Shown: positions 9,818-20,800 of the stretch, piece by piece
Layout of the letters: each line of letters begins with the position of its first letter
Numbering within the stretch: the first letter of the stretch is position 1
NCBI GenBank assembly: GCA_965226495.1
Contig: OZ245365.1
Coordinates: 704,001 to 768,000, forward strand
DNA length: 64,000 nucleotides
Source: Candidatus Marinacidobacterales bacterium
GTDB taxonomy: Bacteria > Acidobacteriota > Vicinamibacteria > Marinacidobacterales > DATDRI01
Direction: 5' to 3'
Position numbers and translations under genes: made by a program
Notes under the pieces: generated by a model
Told to the model about the DNA's origin: nothing
The model's database searches: none
Seen by the model: the letters and a program-made list of their open reading frames with translations, nothing else

Positions 9818-11777
9818 ATGAAACGGTTCGTCGACGCAGCGCTTGGCCTGCTTGCCCTCGATCTGATTCTCATCTTGCTGAGCGGTGGCTTCTCGGTCCT
9901 CGGCTCGGTGGGGGCTTCCGGGTTCTTGCTTCGGATAGCGGCCTCCCTCTTGCTCCTCGTCCTGAGGTATCGCCTGACAGGACTGACGGGTAGCGTGGCG
10001 AACGCTCGCTGGTATGGCTACCTGGCCATCTTGCTCGTCGCTCTGTCCCTCGTGCATCTCCGTGGCTATCGGCTGCGGGGAGACGGCATGTGGTACTACG
10101 CGTATGCACGCTCGCTGGCCTTCGATCGAGACCTCGACTTCACGAACGAGTACCGTCGCTTGGGCGTGGATCATTTTCGCGGTTCGCAGCCTGTTCGTGA
10201 GACCGGGCTTCCACGCAACACGTTTCCGATTGGCGCCGGACTCCTATGGATGCCGTTTTTCATCCTCGGACACATCGGAGCGGGACTCCGCAACGTCTAC
10301 GGCCAACCCACCGCCTATGACGGTTTTTCCGATCCCTATCTCCACGCGGTCGCTTTCGGCGGTCTGCTCATCGGATGGTTGGGACTCCTAGTTTTGGACC
10401 GCCTCTTGCGAAGGTGGTTCTCTCCCGGCGTCGCCTTCGCTGCCTCGGTCGGCACGATGCTCGGAAGTTTCATGTTCTGGTATATCGGATACCAACCGAT
10501 CTACACACATGCACCCAGCTTTCTCCTGGCGACTGTGATCATCGAGCGCTGGGTGAGTGGACCGAAAAGCACGAGGGATTTCGCCGTGCTTGGCCTACTG
10601 GTCGGCGCCGCGGCGTGCGTCAGATGGCAGAACGCCATCTTCGTTTTTCTTCCTTTGTGGTCCATCGTCGGGACCTCGCTCGAACGGCCACGCCTAGGGT
10701 TACGCAACATCGGTGTGTTAGCCGGAACCTTTCTCGTTGGCTTGGCTCCACAGCTTCTAGCTTGGAAAGTGATCTTCGGCCGGCTCTACCTGGGTGTCCC
10801 TGTGGGCGCAGACTACATGCGGTGGTCGCAGCCATTTATCACTGAAATGTTGTTCTCCTCGCGTCACGGGCTATTCTCTTGGAGCCCCGGTCTTGATCTT
10901 CGCAGCAATCGGATTCCTTTTCTTCCTTCGTCGCGAGCCGCGCGTAGGCATTCCTCTCGCGTTACTTCTCGCCGCTCTCACCTACGTCAACAGCAGCGTC
11001 GCCGACTGGTGGGCGGGGGGATCGTTCGGCGCCCGGCGTTTCGACTCCGCGATCCCCATCTTCGCCATCGGGCTAGCTACCACCACGAATGCGCTCGTCG
11101 CTATAGTCCGGCGTCGCCCCGCGATAGTCGTGGGTTGCCTTCTCTTGGGTTTCATTTTTATGAACCTGCTGCTCATGGAGCAGTACCGCAAGGGACGCGT
11201 ACCTGTCGACGACACGATTTCGTGGGAGGTGGCATCCGCCGGGATGCTAGAAGACTTCTTCGATGGCGTCGGCTATCCCTTCTCTTTTCCAGCCAACTGG
11301 GCGTTCGCGCTTCGGTACGGGCGACCCAAGACGCAGTACGATATTTTGATCGGAAAGTATCTGTTTCATTGGCACAACAACCTCGCTGGGGTCATCGATT
11401 TTGGAGAGAAGGACCCGCCGTTTCTGGGCAACGGTTGGAGCTCATTGACCGATTGGGAAGGAAGACCGCGCGGTGTGCGCCTCGCGATCTCCGCCCCAGC
11501 AGGAGTCTTCGTACCCACCGACCGCGCCGAGACGCTACGCATTTTTGTGGAGTGTGCGACGCCTGCTGGCTCGGACCCGCAGTGGATCGAGGTTTGGTTG
11601 AACGGTGACCGGCTAGGAGGATTCCGCCCTGGGAACGAGATGAAAGAGCACGAGCTGCTCGTGCCAGAGCGTTGGTGGCGGCGACTCAATTTGCTGGAGT
11701 TCCGACCCGGGGAGGAGGTTTCCAGCGCGCCGTTCCTCGCGGTGGACCGCATTCGGTTCGAACGCGGCGCGAACTAG
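9818..11777 (+). pseudogene. GT-C-like membrane glycosyltransferase with C-terminal soluble domain, split by a frameshift near 10885
   Basis: ORF 9818 (GDGMWYYAYARSLAFDRDLDF, VRWQN, LFSSRHGLFSWSP) continues in the frame of ORF 10794..11777 (PVLIFAAIG..WWAGGSFGARRF) if one C is removed from CCCC at 10885-10888. Confidence 0.8.
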
Positions 11778-12946
11778 ACTTGAACGGGTTCGAAGACGGC
11801 CTCTTTGGGTCTCGGTGCGCGAGCGTCGGTGAGCTCGACTTTACAACATCGCCGGCAAACCGGGAAGATCCCGTGCTCCAGAAGCTTCTTCCTTAGTCCG
11901 ACGAATTTCGGGCCGTTCCAAATCTCTTCCAGGCTTTGTTTCCTCACATCACCCATCTCGACCCGGATGAACGGGCAGAAGTGGACCTTGCCGTCGTAGG
12001 TGATGCGCCCTCCGAAGTACGGATAAAAGCATTGGCCTTTGAGTGGCTCGTCCGGCGTGTAGTACTTCTCCAAGTGCTCGTAGGATTGCGCAGGCCTCCA
12101 GTTGATCGTAATGCCCTTGCTCTCGGCGTAGTCGACGGCTTTCCTCAGGACCGGCGCCACGTCTCGGGGATCGATTCCGGGATCGTCGGTCACGTACGTG
12201 GTGATGAGGGAAGGATCGGTCTCGCCAATGATCTGAAGCGTCTGCTCGACTTCCTTGTGCGTTGCGAACATGAGCTGATTCAGACCGATGAGCTCCACTT
12301 CGAGCTCCGATGCCGCGTCCACGATCTCCGAGAGCAAGTGTAGATTGCCGGAGGTGAGCGTTGTGTTGATAGAAAGCGGCAAGCTGAGCCCGCGCGCCGC
12401 GAAGACCTTGCGAAGGAGACGGATGTTGCTCGAAGATTTATCGAACGCTCCCTTCTGTCCGCGAATCTCGTCGTGGAAACGCTTCGGCCCATCGATGGAC
12501 ACGCTGATGTGACGCAAGAATCCCGTGGCCGCTAGTTCCGCTAGAGCATTGGCCTTGTCCTCCCCGATCACCGTTCCGTTGGTCGTGATGTACTTGCAAT
12601 GCATGCCATTGTTTTGGAGGCGATGGAACACGTCAATCAGATTCTTGCGAACGAAAGGCTCTCCACCGGTGATGTTGACGGATTTCACGCCCCCCTTAAC
12701 GAAGATCTGGTCGAGCTCCTCGAGACTGAGCTCCTTGGAACGCCAGTCCTCCGGGTTCAGGATATCGGCGACATAGCAGAAGCTGCAGTGCAGGTTGCAG
12801 AGCAGGGTGGGTTCATAGACCACGAAATGCGGGACGCTCGGGGCGACCCCATCACCCCGCTTTGTGAACTGCTGGGTGTGGAGCCGACGAACGGTGCCCG
12901 ATACGCGATTCTTGAGCTTCTTGAGGTTTTGTCTGAGCAAAAGCAC
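11774..12946 (-). CDS. Radical SAM enzyme with SPASM/twitch-type C-terminal domain
   Basis: CNLHCSFC, TGGEP, TTNG and SIDG motifs. C-terminal C-x17-C...MGDV...LEEIWNG...CRRCC. Confidence 0.92.
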   Translation of the reverse strand: MLLLRQNLKKLKNRVSGTVRRLHTQQFTKRGDGVAPSVPHFVVYEPTLLCNLHCSFCYVADILNPEDWRSKELSLEELDQIFVKGGVKSVNITGGEPFVRKNLIDVFHRLQNNGMHCKYITTNGTVIGEDKANALAELAATGFLRHISVSIDGPKRFHDEIRGQKGAFDKSSSNIRLLRKVFAARGLSLPLSINTTLTSGNLHLLSEIVDAASELEVELIGLNQLMFATHKEVEQTLQIIGETDPSLITTYVTDDPGIDPRDVAPVLRKAVDYAESKGITINWRPAQSYEHLEKYYTPDEPLKGQCFYPYFGGRITYDGKVHFCPFIRVEMGDVRKQSLEEIWNGPKFVGLRKKLLEHGIFPVCRRCCKVELTDARAPRPKEAVFEPVQV

Positions 12947-13115
12947 TCCTTGACACTGCCAGGTCGACTGAAATTATAGCCCAAAGGGCTTTGAGTCGCC
13001 AAGGATAGACCGGCCAAGCTCGCACTCGTCGAGCTTTCATTCGACCGGGGCGAATATGCTAACCTGAGGGGGTTCTAGTGCAAGTCTCGTCGAGAAGAAC
13101 AAAACCCGGAGGTGA

Positions 13116-13574
13116 ATGATGATCGAGGGCGCGCGGACCAAGAGCCTCAAGCTGGTTCCAGATGAGCGGGGGTGGCTCATGGAGATGCTGCGCAGTGACG
13201 ACCAGCTGTTCACCAAGTTCGGACAGATCTACGCCACCGCGACCTATCCGGGCGTGGTCAAGGGTTGGCATTTCCATCGGGAGCAGGTGGATAATTTCAC
13301 GTGTGTCGCCGGAATGGTAAAGCTCGTATTGTTCGACCCCCGAGAGGAATCTCCAACCCGCAACGAGGTCAATGAGTTTTTCATTGGCAGTCGGAATCCT
13401 TTGCTGGTCCAAGTGCCGGCGGGGGTCTATCACGGTTGGAAATGCATCTCCCCGGAAACCGCCGTGGTCATCAATTGCCCGACCGAGCTATACAATTACG
13501 AAAAACCTGACGAAGTGCGCCTGGATGCCCACACCGACGAAATCCCCTACGATTGGACGAGGAAGGATCGCTAG
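13116..13574 (+). CDS. rfbC: dTDP-4-dehydrorhamnose 3,5-epimerase family protein
   Basis: Cupin motifs DERGWLME, GVVKGWHFH..Q.D and VPAGVYHGWK. GGAGG SD present. Adjacent to rfbD. Confidence 0.85.
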   Translation: MMIEGARTKSLKLVPDERGWLMEMLRSDDQLFTKFGQIYATATYPGVVKGWHFHREQVDNFTCVAGMVKLVLFDPREESPTRNEVNEFFIGSRNPLLVQVPAGVYHGWKCISPETAVVINCPTELYNYEKPDEVRLDAHTDEIPYDWTRKDR

Positions 13575-13599
13575 GCACTAGGCACCGCCAACGGATCCG

Positions 13600-14523
13600 A
13601 TGAAGGTTTTGGTGACGGGTGCCGGCGGCTTGCTAGGCAGGGCCTCGGTGAGCCTCGCCTCCCAAGAACATGATTGTATCGGCTTGCCTCGGAAGGAACT
13701 CGATGTGACGGACCGGTCCTCGGTTCGGGAAGTTATCCATCGCTTTGAACCGGATGCGGTCATTCACTGCGCTGCCTATACCGACGTGGATGAGTCGGAG
13801 CGGAATCCGGATCAGGCCTTCGCCGTCAATGTGCAAGGCACCGAGTGGGTCGCGCGCGCGGCGCGGGAAGCCGACGCACAGATGGTCTACGTCAGTACGG
13901 ATTACGTCTTCGATGGTGAAAAGAAGACACCCTATACCGAAGGAGAAGCCGTGAACCCGCTATCCCAGTACGGCCGTTCTAAACTCGAAGGGGAGGCCAA
14001 AGTGCGGGAGGTCTGCGCCGATAATCACACCATTGTGCGAAGCGCGTGGCTTTACGGTCCAGGCAAGGGTTTCGTTGACTGGATGCTGGGGCGGCTCGAG
14101 ACGCCTGATGCGCCTGATGGGGCTGATGTGCCTGATGCGTCTGACGCTAGCAAAACGCTGCGTGTAGTCGACGATCACATCGGCAGCCCAACATGGATCT
14201 CAGATCTTGCCAAGGCGATCCTGCTGCTAGCGGAGGAACGATTGACCGGCACCTTCCACTACGTGAACAAGGGCGAGACCCATTGGCTAGGAGCGGCTTG
14301 GGTGATCGCGGATTACCTCGGCGTGGAGCGGTCACGGCTTTCAGGCACGGCGATGGCCGAGCTGAGTCGGCCAGCCCCGAGGCCGCACTATTCCGCCCTC
14401 GACGTTGACAAGTTCGAAAAAGCAACGGGCAGTCGCGTTTCCCGGTGGGATGAAGCTCTCAAAAATTATCTAGTCACCGCCCGCCCGCGAAAATTGAAGT
14501 TGAACTCCGAGCGTTTGTCCTAA
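13600..14523 (+). CDS. rfbD: dTDP-4-dehydrorhamnose reductase
   Basis: GAGGLLG, HCAAYTDVD, STDYVFDG, YGRSKLEGE, GSPT and APRPHYSAL motifs. Confidence 0.93.
   Translation: MKVLVTGAGGLLGRASVSLASQEHDCIGLPRKELDVTDRSSVREVIHRFEPDAVIHCAAYTDVDESERNPDQAFAVNVQGTEWVARAAREADAQMVYVSTDYVFDGEKKTPYTEGEAVNPLSQYGRSKLEGEAKVREVCADNHTIVRSAWLYGPGKGFVDWMLGRLETPDAPDGADVPDASDASKTLRVVDDHIGSPTWISDLAKAILLLAEERLTGTFHYVNKGETHWLGAAWVIADYLGVERSRLSGTAMAELSRPAPRPHYSALDVDKFEKATGSRVSRWDEALKNYLVTARPRKLKLNSERLS
14104..14148 (+). repeat. Degenerate 9-bp tandem repeat (5 copies) in frame within rfbD
   Basis: cctgatgcg cctgatggg gctgatgtg cctgatgcg tctgacgct, encoding PDA-PDG-ADV-PDA-SDA. Confidence 0.85.
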
Positions 14524-15710
14524 TCGACCACACTCGTCAGGAGCTCGCTGAGCTTACGGCCTCTTTCCTCCCACGAATAACCCTTGGCGTCTTCCGTCGC
14601 CTTCGCGGCGAGCCGGTGCGCCATTTCCGGATCGCCGGCCAACCTTTGTATGGCGGCGGCGAGGGCATCGGGGTCTCCGGGTGGAACGAGAAGCGCGTTC
14701 TCATCGTTCGTCAGAACCTCTCGCAACGATGGAAGGTCCGATGCCACGATGGCTCGACCGGATGCCATGGCTTCGAAGAGTTTGAGGGGCGATGTGAAAA
14801 CGCGGGCCGTCATCGAATCGAGCAACGGGATCACGAACACGTCGGCGCTCGTTCTCTCTTTGGCTACCTCGGGAGGTGGAAGAAAACCTCGAAATCGCAC
14901 GCGGTCGGTGAGGCCGAGTCGTTCCGCGAGGCGACGGACTCGATCGAGGTCGGGTTCCGGTGGAAGTCCACCGATCACCACCAACTCGACTCCAAGTATG
15001 TTTTTCATCGATTCGATGAGAATATCGACGCCCTTCCACGGGTAGAGCTGTCCGACGTAGTACACCTGAAGGGGTTTGTCGGCGGATCGTTCTCGGGGTG
15101 GTTGCGGTTTCGTCGGAACCTCGGTGCCATCCGGGATAACTCGCGCCGGAGCAAGCGGTGCATGGAGCTCGGAAAGAGACTTTAGAAGGCCATGGGTAAT
15201 TGCGACCACCGCAGCCGCTCCTTGGCAGACGCGGTGCTCACGTCGGCTGAGCCTCTTCAACTTGCGAGCACTCGGGGGGCGAGAGTCCGGACCTTGGTAG
15301 AGACGACGGGTTTCCTCTGAAAAGAGCGCGGCCGCAGTGTGGGCCTCGTAGATCACCAGACGTCGGTGGTACCACTTTGTGCGCAAGGCAAGATCGGCCA
15401 GGACGAGGTCTCGCGTGTACACCGCGTCGTACCGGCCGTTCGCCAAGAAAGGGATGGCTCTCGCCGCAAAGGTCAATTGTCCCCAAACCGACCCGGGAGC
15501 CGCGGTGGAAAGACGCCGCAGCTCGAGATTGGGATGCGGGGTGAGCCCGAAGAATTCCAGGCAGGCTTCATCGGATCGGGAATCACTCCGGCGCACCACG
15601 AGATCTACCTGCACCCCTTGTCGAGCCAGCGCGTGGCACGTTTGCACGGTCTGGATACCGTTGGCCCGCTCCATCGGAAAACGGATGTCGGCGAGGTAGA
15701 GCAGTCTCAT
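14520..15710 (-). CDS. GT4 glycosyltransferase
   Basis: Start moved to ATG 15710 (MRLLYLADIRFP..ANGIQT). YVGQLYPWKGV and SPLKLFEAMASG motifs. Confidence 0.9.
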   Translation of the reverse strand: MRLLYLADIRFPMERANGIQTVQTCHALARQGVQVDLVVRRSDSRSDEACLEFFGLTPHPNLELRRLSTAAPGSVWGQLTFAARAIPFLANGRYDAVYTRDLVLADLALRTKWYHRRLVIYEAHTAAALFSEETRRLYQGPDSRPPSARKLKRLSRREHRVCQGAAAVVAITHGLLKSLSELHAPLAPARVIPDGTEVPTKPQPPRERSADKPLQVYYVGQLYPWKGVDILIESMKNILGVELVVIGGLPPEPDLDRVRRLAERLGLTDRVRFRGFLPPPEVAKERTSADVFVIPLLDSMTARVFTSPLKLFEAMASGRAIVASDLPSLREVLTNDENALLVPPGDPDALAAAIQRLAGDPEMAHRLAAKATEDAKGYSWEERGRKLSELLTSVVD

Positions 15711-17860
15711 TGGATGTAGCCTAATGCCCGGAGTGTGTCTTGCATCTCTCGATCCAGCTCCACTTGATTGCGAGCCGACCCCAACGGGAGGTGCCACACC
15801 CGAGCCAGCTCATCCTCCCGGTGAAGGAGGTCGTCTATCTCAGAAAGAGAAACCTGGAGCTCTTTCGGGTTTGCGTCGAAGGGGAACGCGATTGTCTCAA
15901 CACGCTCCGAGCCCAATCTCGCTCTCACCGTTTCGACCGTATGGCCGTCGCGCACAAGGGCGAAGCGAACCGGCGAACCTCCGGTCCTCGTCTGGATGAC
16001 GAGGTGTCGTCTTCTATCGTCGGCGGTGAAGGTGAGCGTCAATTTCTTGCGCTTCGAATCCACGTCGAAGAGGTCCCCGGTAACGATGGGAAACCGGAAC
16101 GCGTTTATGATTTCGACTTCCGACTCAGCATGAACCACAACGCGGGTGCCCGCTTTGTCGCCTCGAATAGAAAAGTGGAGGCCGTGCTGTCCGAGCTGGA
16201 CGAAACGCTCGAGCTCAGCAACGAGCTCGCGCGCCTGGGGCGGAACCGAAGGCAGTAGGTTCTTCCGCTCGGCGCGGTCCTTCTTGACGTCGAACAGATA
16301 CTCTTTTGGCGTCGGGACGAGCTCCCGGATATATTTGTGATCTTCATCGTAAACGGCGTAGCTCACGAACTTCGGGGCCACCAGCTCGGCAAGGAGCCGC
16401 CTTTCGCTCGTCTCGCCCCCTTCGAGTAACGGCGCGATGCTGCGGCCCTGAAAGACCGAGGGAACCGGCAACCCAGCTAGCTCCAGCAGGCTGGGAGCCA
16501 AGTCGATGTTCCCGACCAGCGAGGGTATCCGCCTGCCCGCCTTCTCGGAATGCGGCAATTTCAGAATACCGGGAATATGCAACGCTTCGCGGAAGAGAGT
16601 CTTGCCGTGCCGCGTGAAGTCATGTTCGCCAAATTCTTCGCCGTGATCGGCGGTCACGAGCAGTAGGGTCTCATCGTACAGCTCGAGTGCCTTCAAGGCC
16701 TCGACCAGCCTCCCGATCTCGCGGTCATTGTAGGCGAGCTCGTTGTCGTAGAGCTCCCGGTCCCGAGTTAGTCCCTCTTCAGCAGTCTTCACAAAAATTT
16801 CATCGAAGGGAGGTCGAGGTCGATAGCCGAAGTGGAGATCGAGGGAGTGCAGATACAAGAAGAAGCTCCGGCCACGATTTTCCTCGAGCCACGGGAGGAC
16901 CCCGTTGGTAATGTCGGCCGCGTCACTCTCGAGGGCATTGATGTGTTGCCCTGCGGAGCGCGCCTTGAAAGTCCGAAGATCCACCCACCGGTCGAATCCC
17001 TGGTTGAAAAAGAAAACGCGGGGCTTGATGACCGGATTGGCTACCCAGGCCGCGGTCGTATATCCGGACGCCCGGAATGCTTCGGCGAGGGTCAAGCGTT
17101 CGTAGGGCAGTGCGTCGTCGATGGTGCGCGCTTGGTGGTACATCGGAAGTAGTGAAGTGAACAGGCAGCCGGTGGACGGCTTGGTCCAAGGGGCACACGA
17201 CATGAGCTCCTCGAGGACGACGCCGTCCTCGGCTAGCGCGTCGAGTGTTGGAGTTGCGGGGAGCGGGTAGCCGTAGGCGCCGACGTGGTCGGCTCGAAGA
17301 CAGTCGACCACGTAGACGAGAACGTTGGGTCTTTTCGCCTCCGCCCGCGACGCGACGCCCACGACCTCGGGGTTGCCTAGAATCACCATCGCTTGTGGAC
17401 CGTCAACCGAGAGCTCGAGCTCGAGACTCCGTCCGGCGAAGCGGCTGAGGTCGATGCGACGCTCGACCCAATCTCTCTCTTCTTGCCACACTTCTTGCCA
17501 AATCTCTTGATTGACGACTTCGCCATCCACGACCGTGAGACGGATCTCGACCGGGACCTCCGGCTTCCGCACCGCGAGCCCGAAGCGAAGCTCGCCGCCA
17601 CGAGGAACGTCGCTTCGAAAAAACAACTTCGACGGACTCTCGAGAACCAATGACGGTCGGCGATCGCCATGGATCTCCGCATCGTGTACCTCAAAGGGTG
17701 AGTTGCTGCGCACGACGGCGTTTCGGAGCGAGCCCGGGCGCTGTTCGTCCATCTCGCTCACATCCAGCAGCCGTTGGTACGTCACGAGCCTCTCCGGTGC
17801 TCGCGCGCAATTCGAGACCAAGATGGCAGCAAGGATTGCAAGGAGTCGGCTGAGGGTCAT
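15707..17860 (-). CDS. Sulfatase-like (alkaline phosphatase superfamily) lipoprotein #1, Thr-type motif, with extra N- and C-terminal domains
   Basis: Start ATG 17860 with signal MTLSRLLAILAAILVSNC. Motifs VVDCLRADH, WTKPST, H..DLH and TADHGEEF.EH. Ends LRALGYIQ. Confidence 0.85.
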   Translation of the reverse strand: MTLSRLLAILAAILVSNCARAPERLVTYQRLLDVSEMDEQRPGSLRNAVVRSNSPFEVHDAEIHGDRRPSLVLESPSKLFFRSDVPRGGELRFGLAVRKPEVPVEIRLTVVDGEVVNQEIWQEVWQEERDWVERRIDLSRFAGRSLELELSVDGPQAMVILGNPEVVGVASRAEAKRPNVLVYVVDCLRADHVGAYGYPLPATPTLDALAEDGVVLEELMSCAPWTKPSTGCLFTSLLPMYHQARTIDDALPYERLTLAEAFRASGYTTAAWVANPVIKPRVFFFNQGFDRWVDLRTFKARSAGQHINALESDAADITNGVLPWLEENRGRSFFLYLHSLDLHFGYRPRPPFDEIFVKTAEEGLTRDRELYDNELAYNDREIGRLVEALKALELYDETLLLVTADHGEEFGEHDFTRHGKTLFREALHIPGILKLPHSEKAGRRIPSLVGNIDLAPSLLELAGLPVPSVFQGRSIAPLLEGGETSERRLLAELVAPKFVSYAVYDEDHKYIRELVPTPKEYLFDVKKDRAERKNLLPSVPPQARELVAELERFVQLGQHGLHFSIRGDKAGTRVVVHAESEVEIINAFRFPIVTGDLFDVDSKRKKLTLTFTADDRRRHLVIQTRTGGSPVRFALVRDGHTVETVRARLGSERVETIAFPFDANPKELQVSLSEIDDLLHREDELARVWHLPLGSARNQVELDREMQDTLRALGYIQ

Positions 17861-20800
17861 GAACCGTTCTCGCGATGCTCGCAAGTCTCGACCAGGACGT
17901 GGTCTTCGAGATCGAGTCGCTTCAGCTCTCGCTCCAGCAGAGTTCGTTGACGCTGGACGAAATCGCTCTCCGCGGGGTCGAGGACTAGAAAGGTACCTCT
18001 TCGGTAGAGTGTTCGTGCCAGCGACAGCATTCTCGCGCTGAAGTCCTGCCGGTCTGAGGCAAAGTGGATCTCGTCGTAACCGTCTTCGATGGCCGCGGTT
18101 CTCATGGTGAGCAGAATCATCAAGCGGTCGTCGGCACCTCCCGACAGTAAGCCTGTCAGGTCGGACGTCCTCTCCGGCATGACGAAGCATACCTTGCTCG
18201 GTTGCCGAGCTCGCGGTTCGAAGACCAAGGGGTTCCCCCAGGATACGGTGCCATGAGTTCCCGGCTTCACCTGCAGAAGGAGCTTCTTCGCTTCCGCGGG
18301 CACCGGCGCTTCCAACGCCGACCACCGCTTGCTGCGTCGGGCTGATCTCAGATCGGCGAGGGGAATTGGGTCGGTACCCATGCCGTCGATGGCGACACGA
18401 GCCTCCACCACGCTAGATCGTGCGGTAGCGAAGGCTCGCACGATCCGGTTGGAGGAACTATCGATGGGCCAGGCTGCCTCCGAGTCTGGCGTCACGTCGA
18501 CCGCCTCGACGGCGAGGGGACCCATCCGAAGAGAGCCGGCACTGGTGTGAGGAACGAAACGCTCCGCAACTCGCAGCTGACCGCAACCCTCGGGGTCTAT
18601 GACTTCTCTTGCGCTCCGCCAACCGAGTAGTCCAATCAGTGGCGCTCCCACGCTCGCCGCTACGAGGACGGCGGTGAGCGATCGTTCGGAGAGCTGGGTC
18701 CGTGAAAGCCAGATGACTAAGACGACAACTAACAGCGCGAGTCCGAAGATTCGCCATCCCCAGGTGTAAGACGCCGGTAGGTAGAAGAGCTCGACCCGGT
18801 GTGATCCGGCGGGCAAAGGGACCGCCCGGAAGTAGAGATTGGCCTCGAGGATGGTCGCCGCCTTGCCGTCGACCCGCGCGTGCCAGCCAGGGTCGAAGCT
18901 TTCCGACATCACGAGGTAAGAAGGCTTCGCCGATCGCGTTTCGACGACGATGTGCTCTGCGCGATATTCGACGATTTCCGCGAGGGGTGACGCGTCGATG
19001 TCAGCAGGCTCGGCGCGCATCCCTGCCGGTTCCGGGAAGTAGCAGGCCGGTTCAGTGCTCAGTAGAACGGTACGCTCCGGGCGCAGCTTGGGATCGAGGA
19101 GCCTCGCGTTGATACCTCGTTCCCCCGGAAGGACCATCGCTCGTTCTGCTAACCAGGCACGCGGCATTCGCGATTGATAAAGGAAGAGACGTACTTCGTC
19201 GTCGTAGACGAGCTCGAGGTGCACCGGGTCTGGGTTCGGCCATCCTGCGGGCAGGGCGAAGTATTTGATGTTCCAGTTGCGCAACAGGTGCGTGGGGCGA
19301 AAGGAAGAGAGCCATGCCCAGTTACCCGAAGCGTCTTTGACTTCCAGCAACGACTCGCCGGTGGAGCCGCGCGCGTACCGGCGTATGCGATCGACGTAGC
19401 TCCCTAGGTTCTTTGGCAGCAAGGAGTGGTAGGCACCCACATCCTGCACCTGGTAGGCGCCGAGGGTATTGGGCCAAAAGGGAGTGTGGTAGTTCCCGAG
19501 TAAAGTGGCGACACGAAACGTGTCGGGATCATTCCGGAGAAACTCGATCGCCGGAAACTCCGGAAAAGGTGGGTAGATGTCGGTATCGACCCGAGGGTTG
19601 AAAGCGCGAGCGTAGGAAAAGAGATCGACGAGGATGACGGCGCCCACCATGGCGGCGAATGTCGTCGCCGCAATTTTCTGTCGAACCTTGAGCTCCATCG
19701 CGAGCAGCGCAAAGCCGAGGAGCGCCAAGCCGAAGGGCAGACGGAAGACAGTGAGAACGTCATCCCGGCCGGAAAACCAGCCGGTAGCCGCCGCCGCCAC
19801 GCCCAACCCAAGCAAGAGAAGTGCGAGCACACGCTCCCACCGCATACGACTTTCCAAACTTACCGAAAATCCGATGCCCGCGAGGAGCGCCAGGCCGAAC
19901 GACGCCAGGGCAACGTGCGTCTGTAGGTAGCGCAGCCGCTCGACACCCGGAACGAGCGAGTGCAGCAGTGTGAACAGCGGACTGCCGGTCGCCAGCCCGA
20001 TTCCTACGACGACGGTTGCAAGAAGCGCGATGGAAGGACCTCGTGGAATACGGCGAAAGGCGGCGGGGACGAAGATGAGAGGCAGCAGACCGATGTAAAG
20101 TTGGCTCCTTTGCAGCTCCGGCGAAAAAGCGGTGAGAAAAACTTGAGAGCCCAGCCCCGTTGCGGCGAGCTCGGTTGCGCTCAGCACGGCACGGTTCGCG
20201 CGGCTCAGGAACTCCAAGGAAGGAAATAGGAACGGGGCGGCCAAAGAGGCTCCGAGCACGACCGCCCCCGCAGCGAGAGAGGCACGGCGAAGTGATGTCG
20301 CGAAGTTCGATAGAGAAATGAGACGAGTGATCCCGTAGATCGTGGCTCCGAGAAAATTGATAAAGATGTCCGGATAGTGACCGGCGAGTAATTGAAACGC
20401 CACCGCAACGGCAAGACCGACGTACGCGCGAGGCCGGCCGGTGGTCACCAGGTCTTCGACGAACGTCAGAAGAAGAGGGAACCAAACGAGGGAGGGCAAG
20501 ATGAACGAAATCTCGGCGCGGTGCGTGATGCTGGGGGTGAAACCGTAAACGATGGCGCCCAGGATCGAACCGGTGAGGCTCAACCCGAGCCGGCGCAGGA
20601 AGATAAAAGCGAAAAGCTGTGCCAGGAAAAGATGGAGCAGGATTTCAATGTTGTGGGCAAGCTCGGTATCGAGGACGGCGTAAATCCAAAACGGCGGATA
20701 GAGCATGCGGCTGAAACCGGCAGCTAGATGGGGAACCCCTCCTCCCGCGTAGGGGTTCCAAAGGGCAATGCGGCCTTCCTTCGCGGCGCGGGCCGAAACG

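Noticed and set aside
11774-12946. RiPP cluster around the radical SAM/SPASM gene
   Set aside because: No precursor peptide, RRE/PqqD domain, or dedicated peptidase or transporter is nearby.
17861-18325. N-terminal extensions in the ORF track (e.g. 18325, 28102, 25119, 60174, 35293, 41766)
   Set aside because: They overlap neighbouring genes. Signal peptides, stop-start coupling and -10 boxes point to downstream starts.
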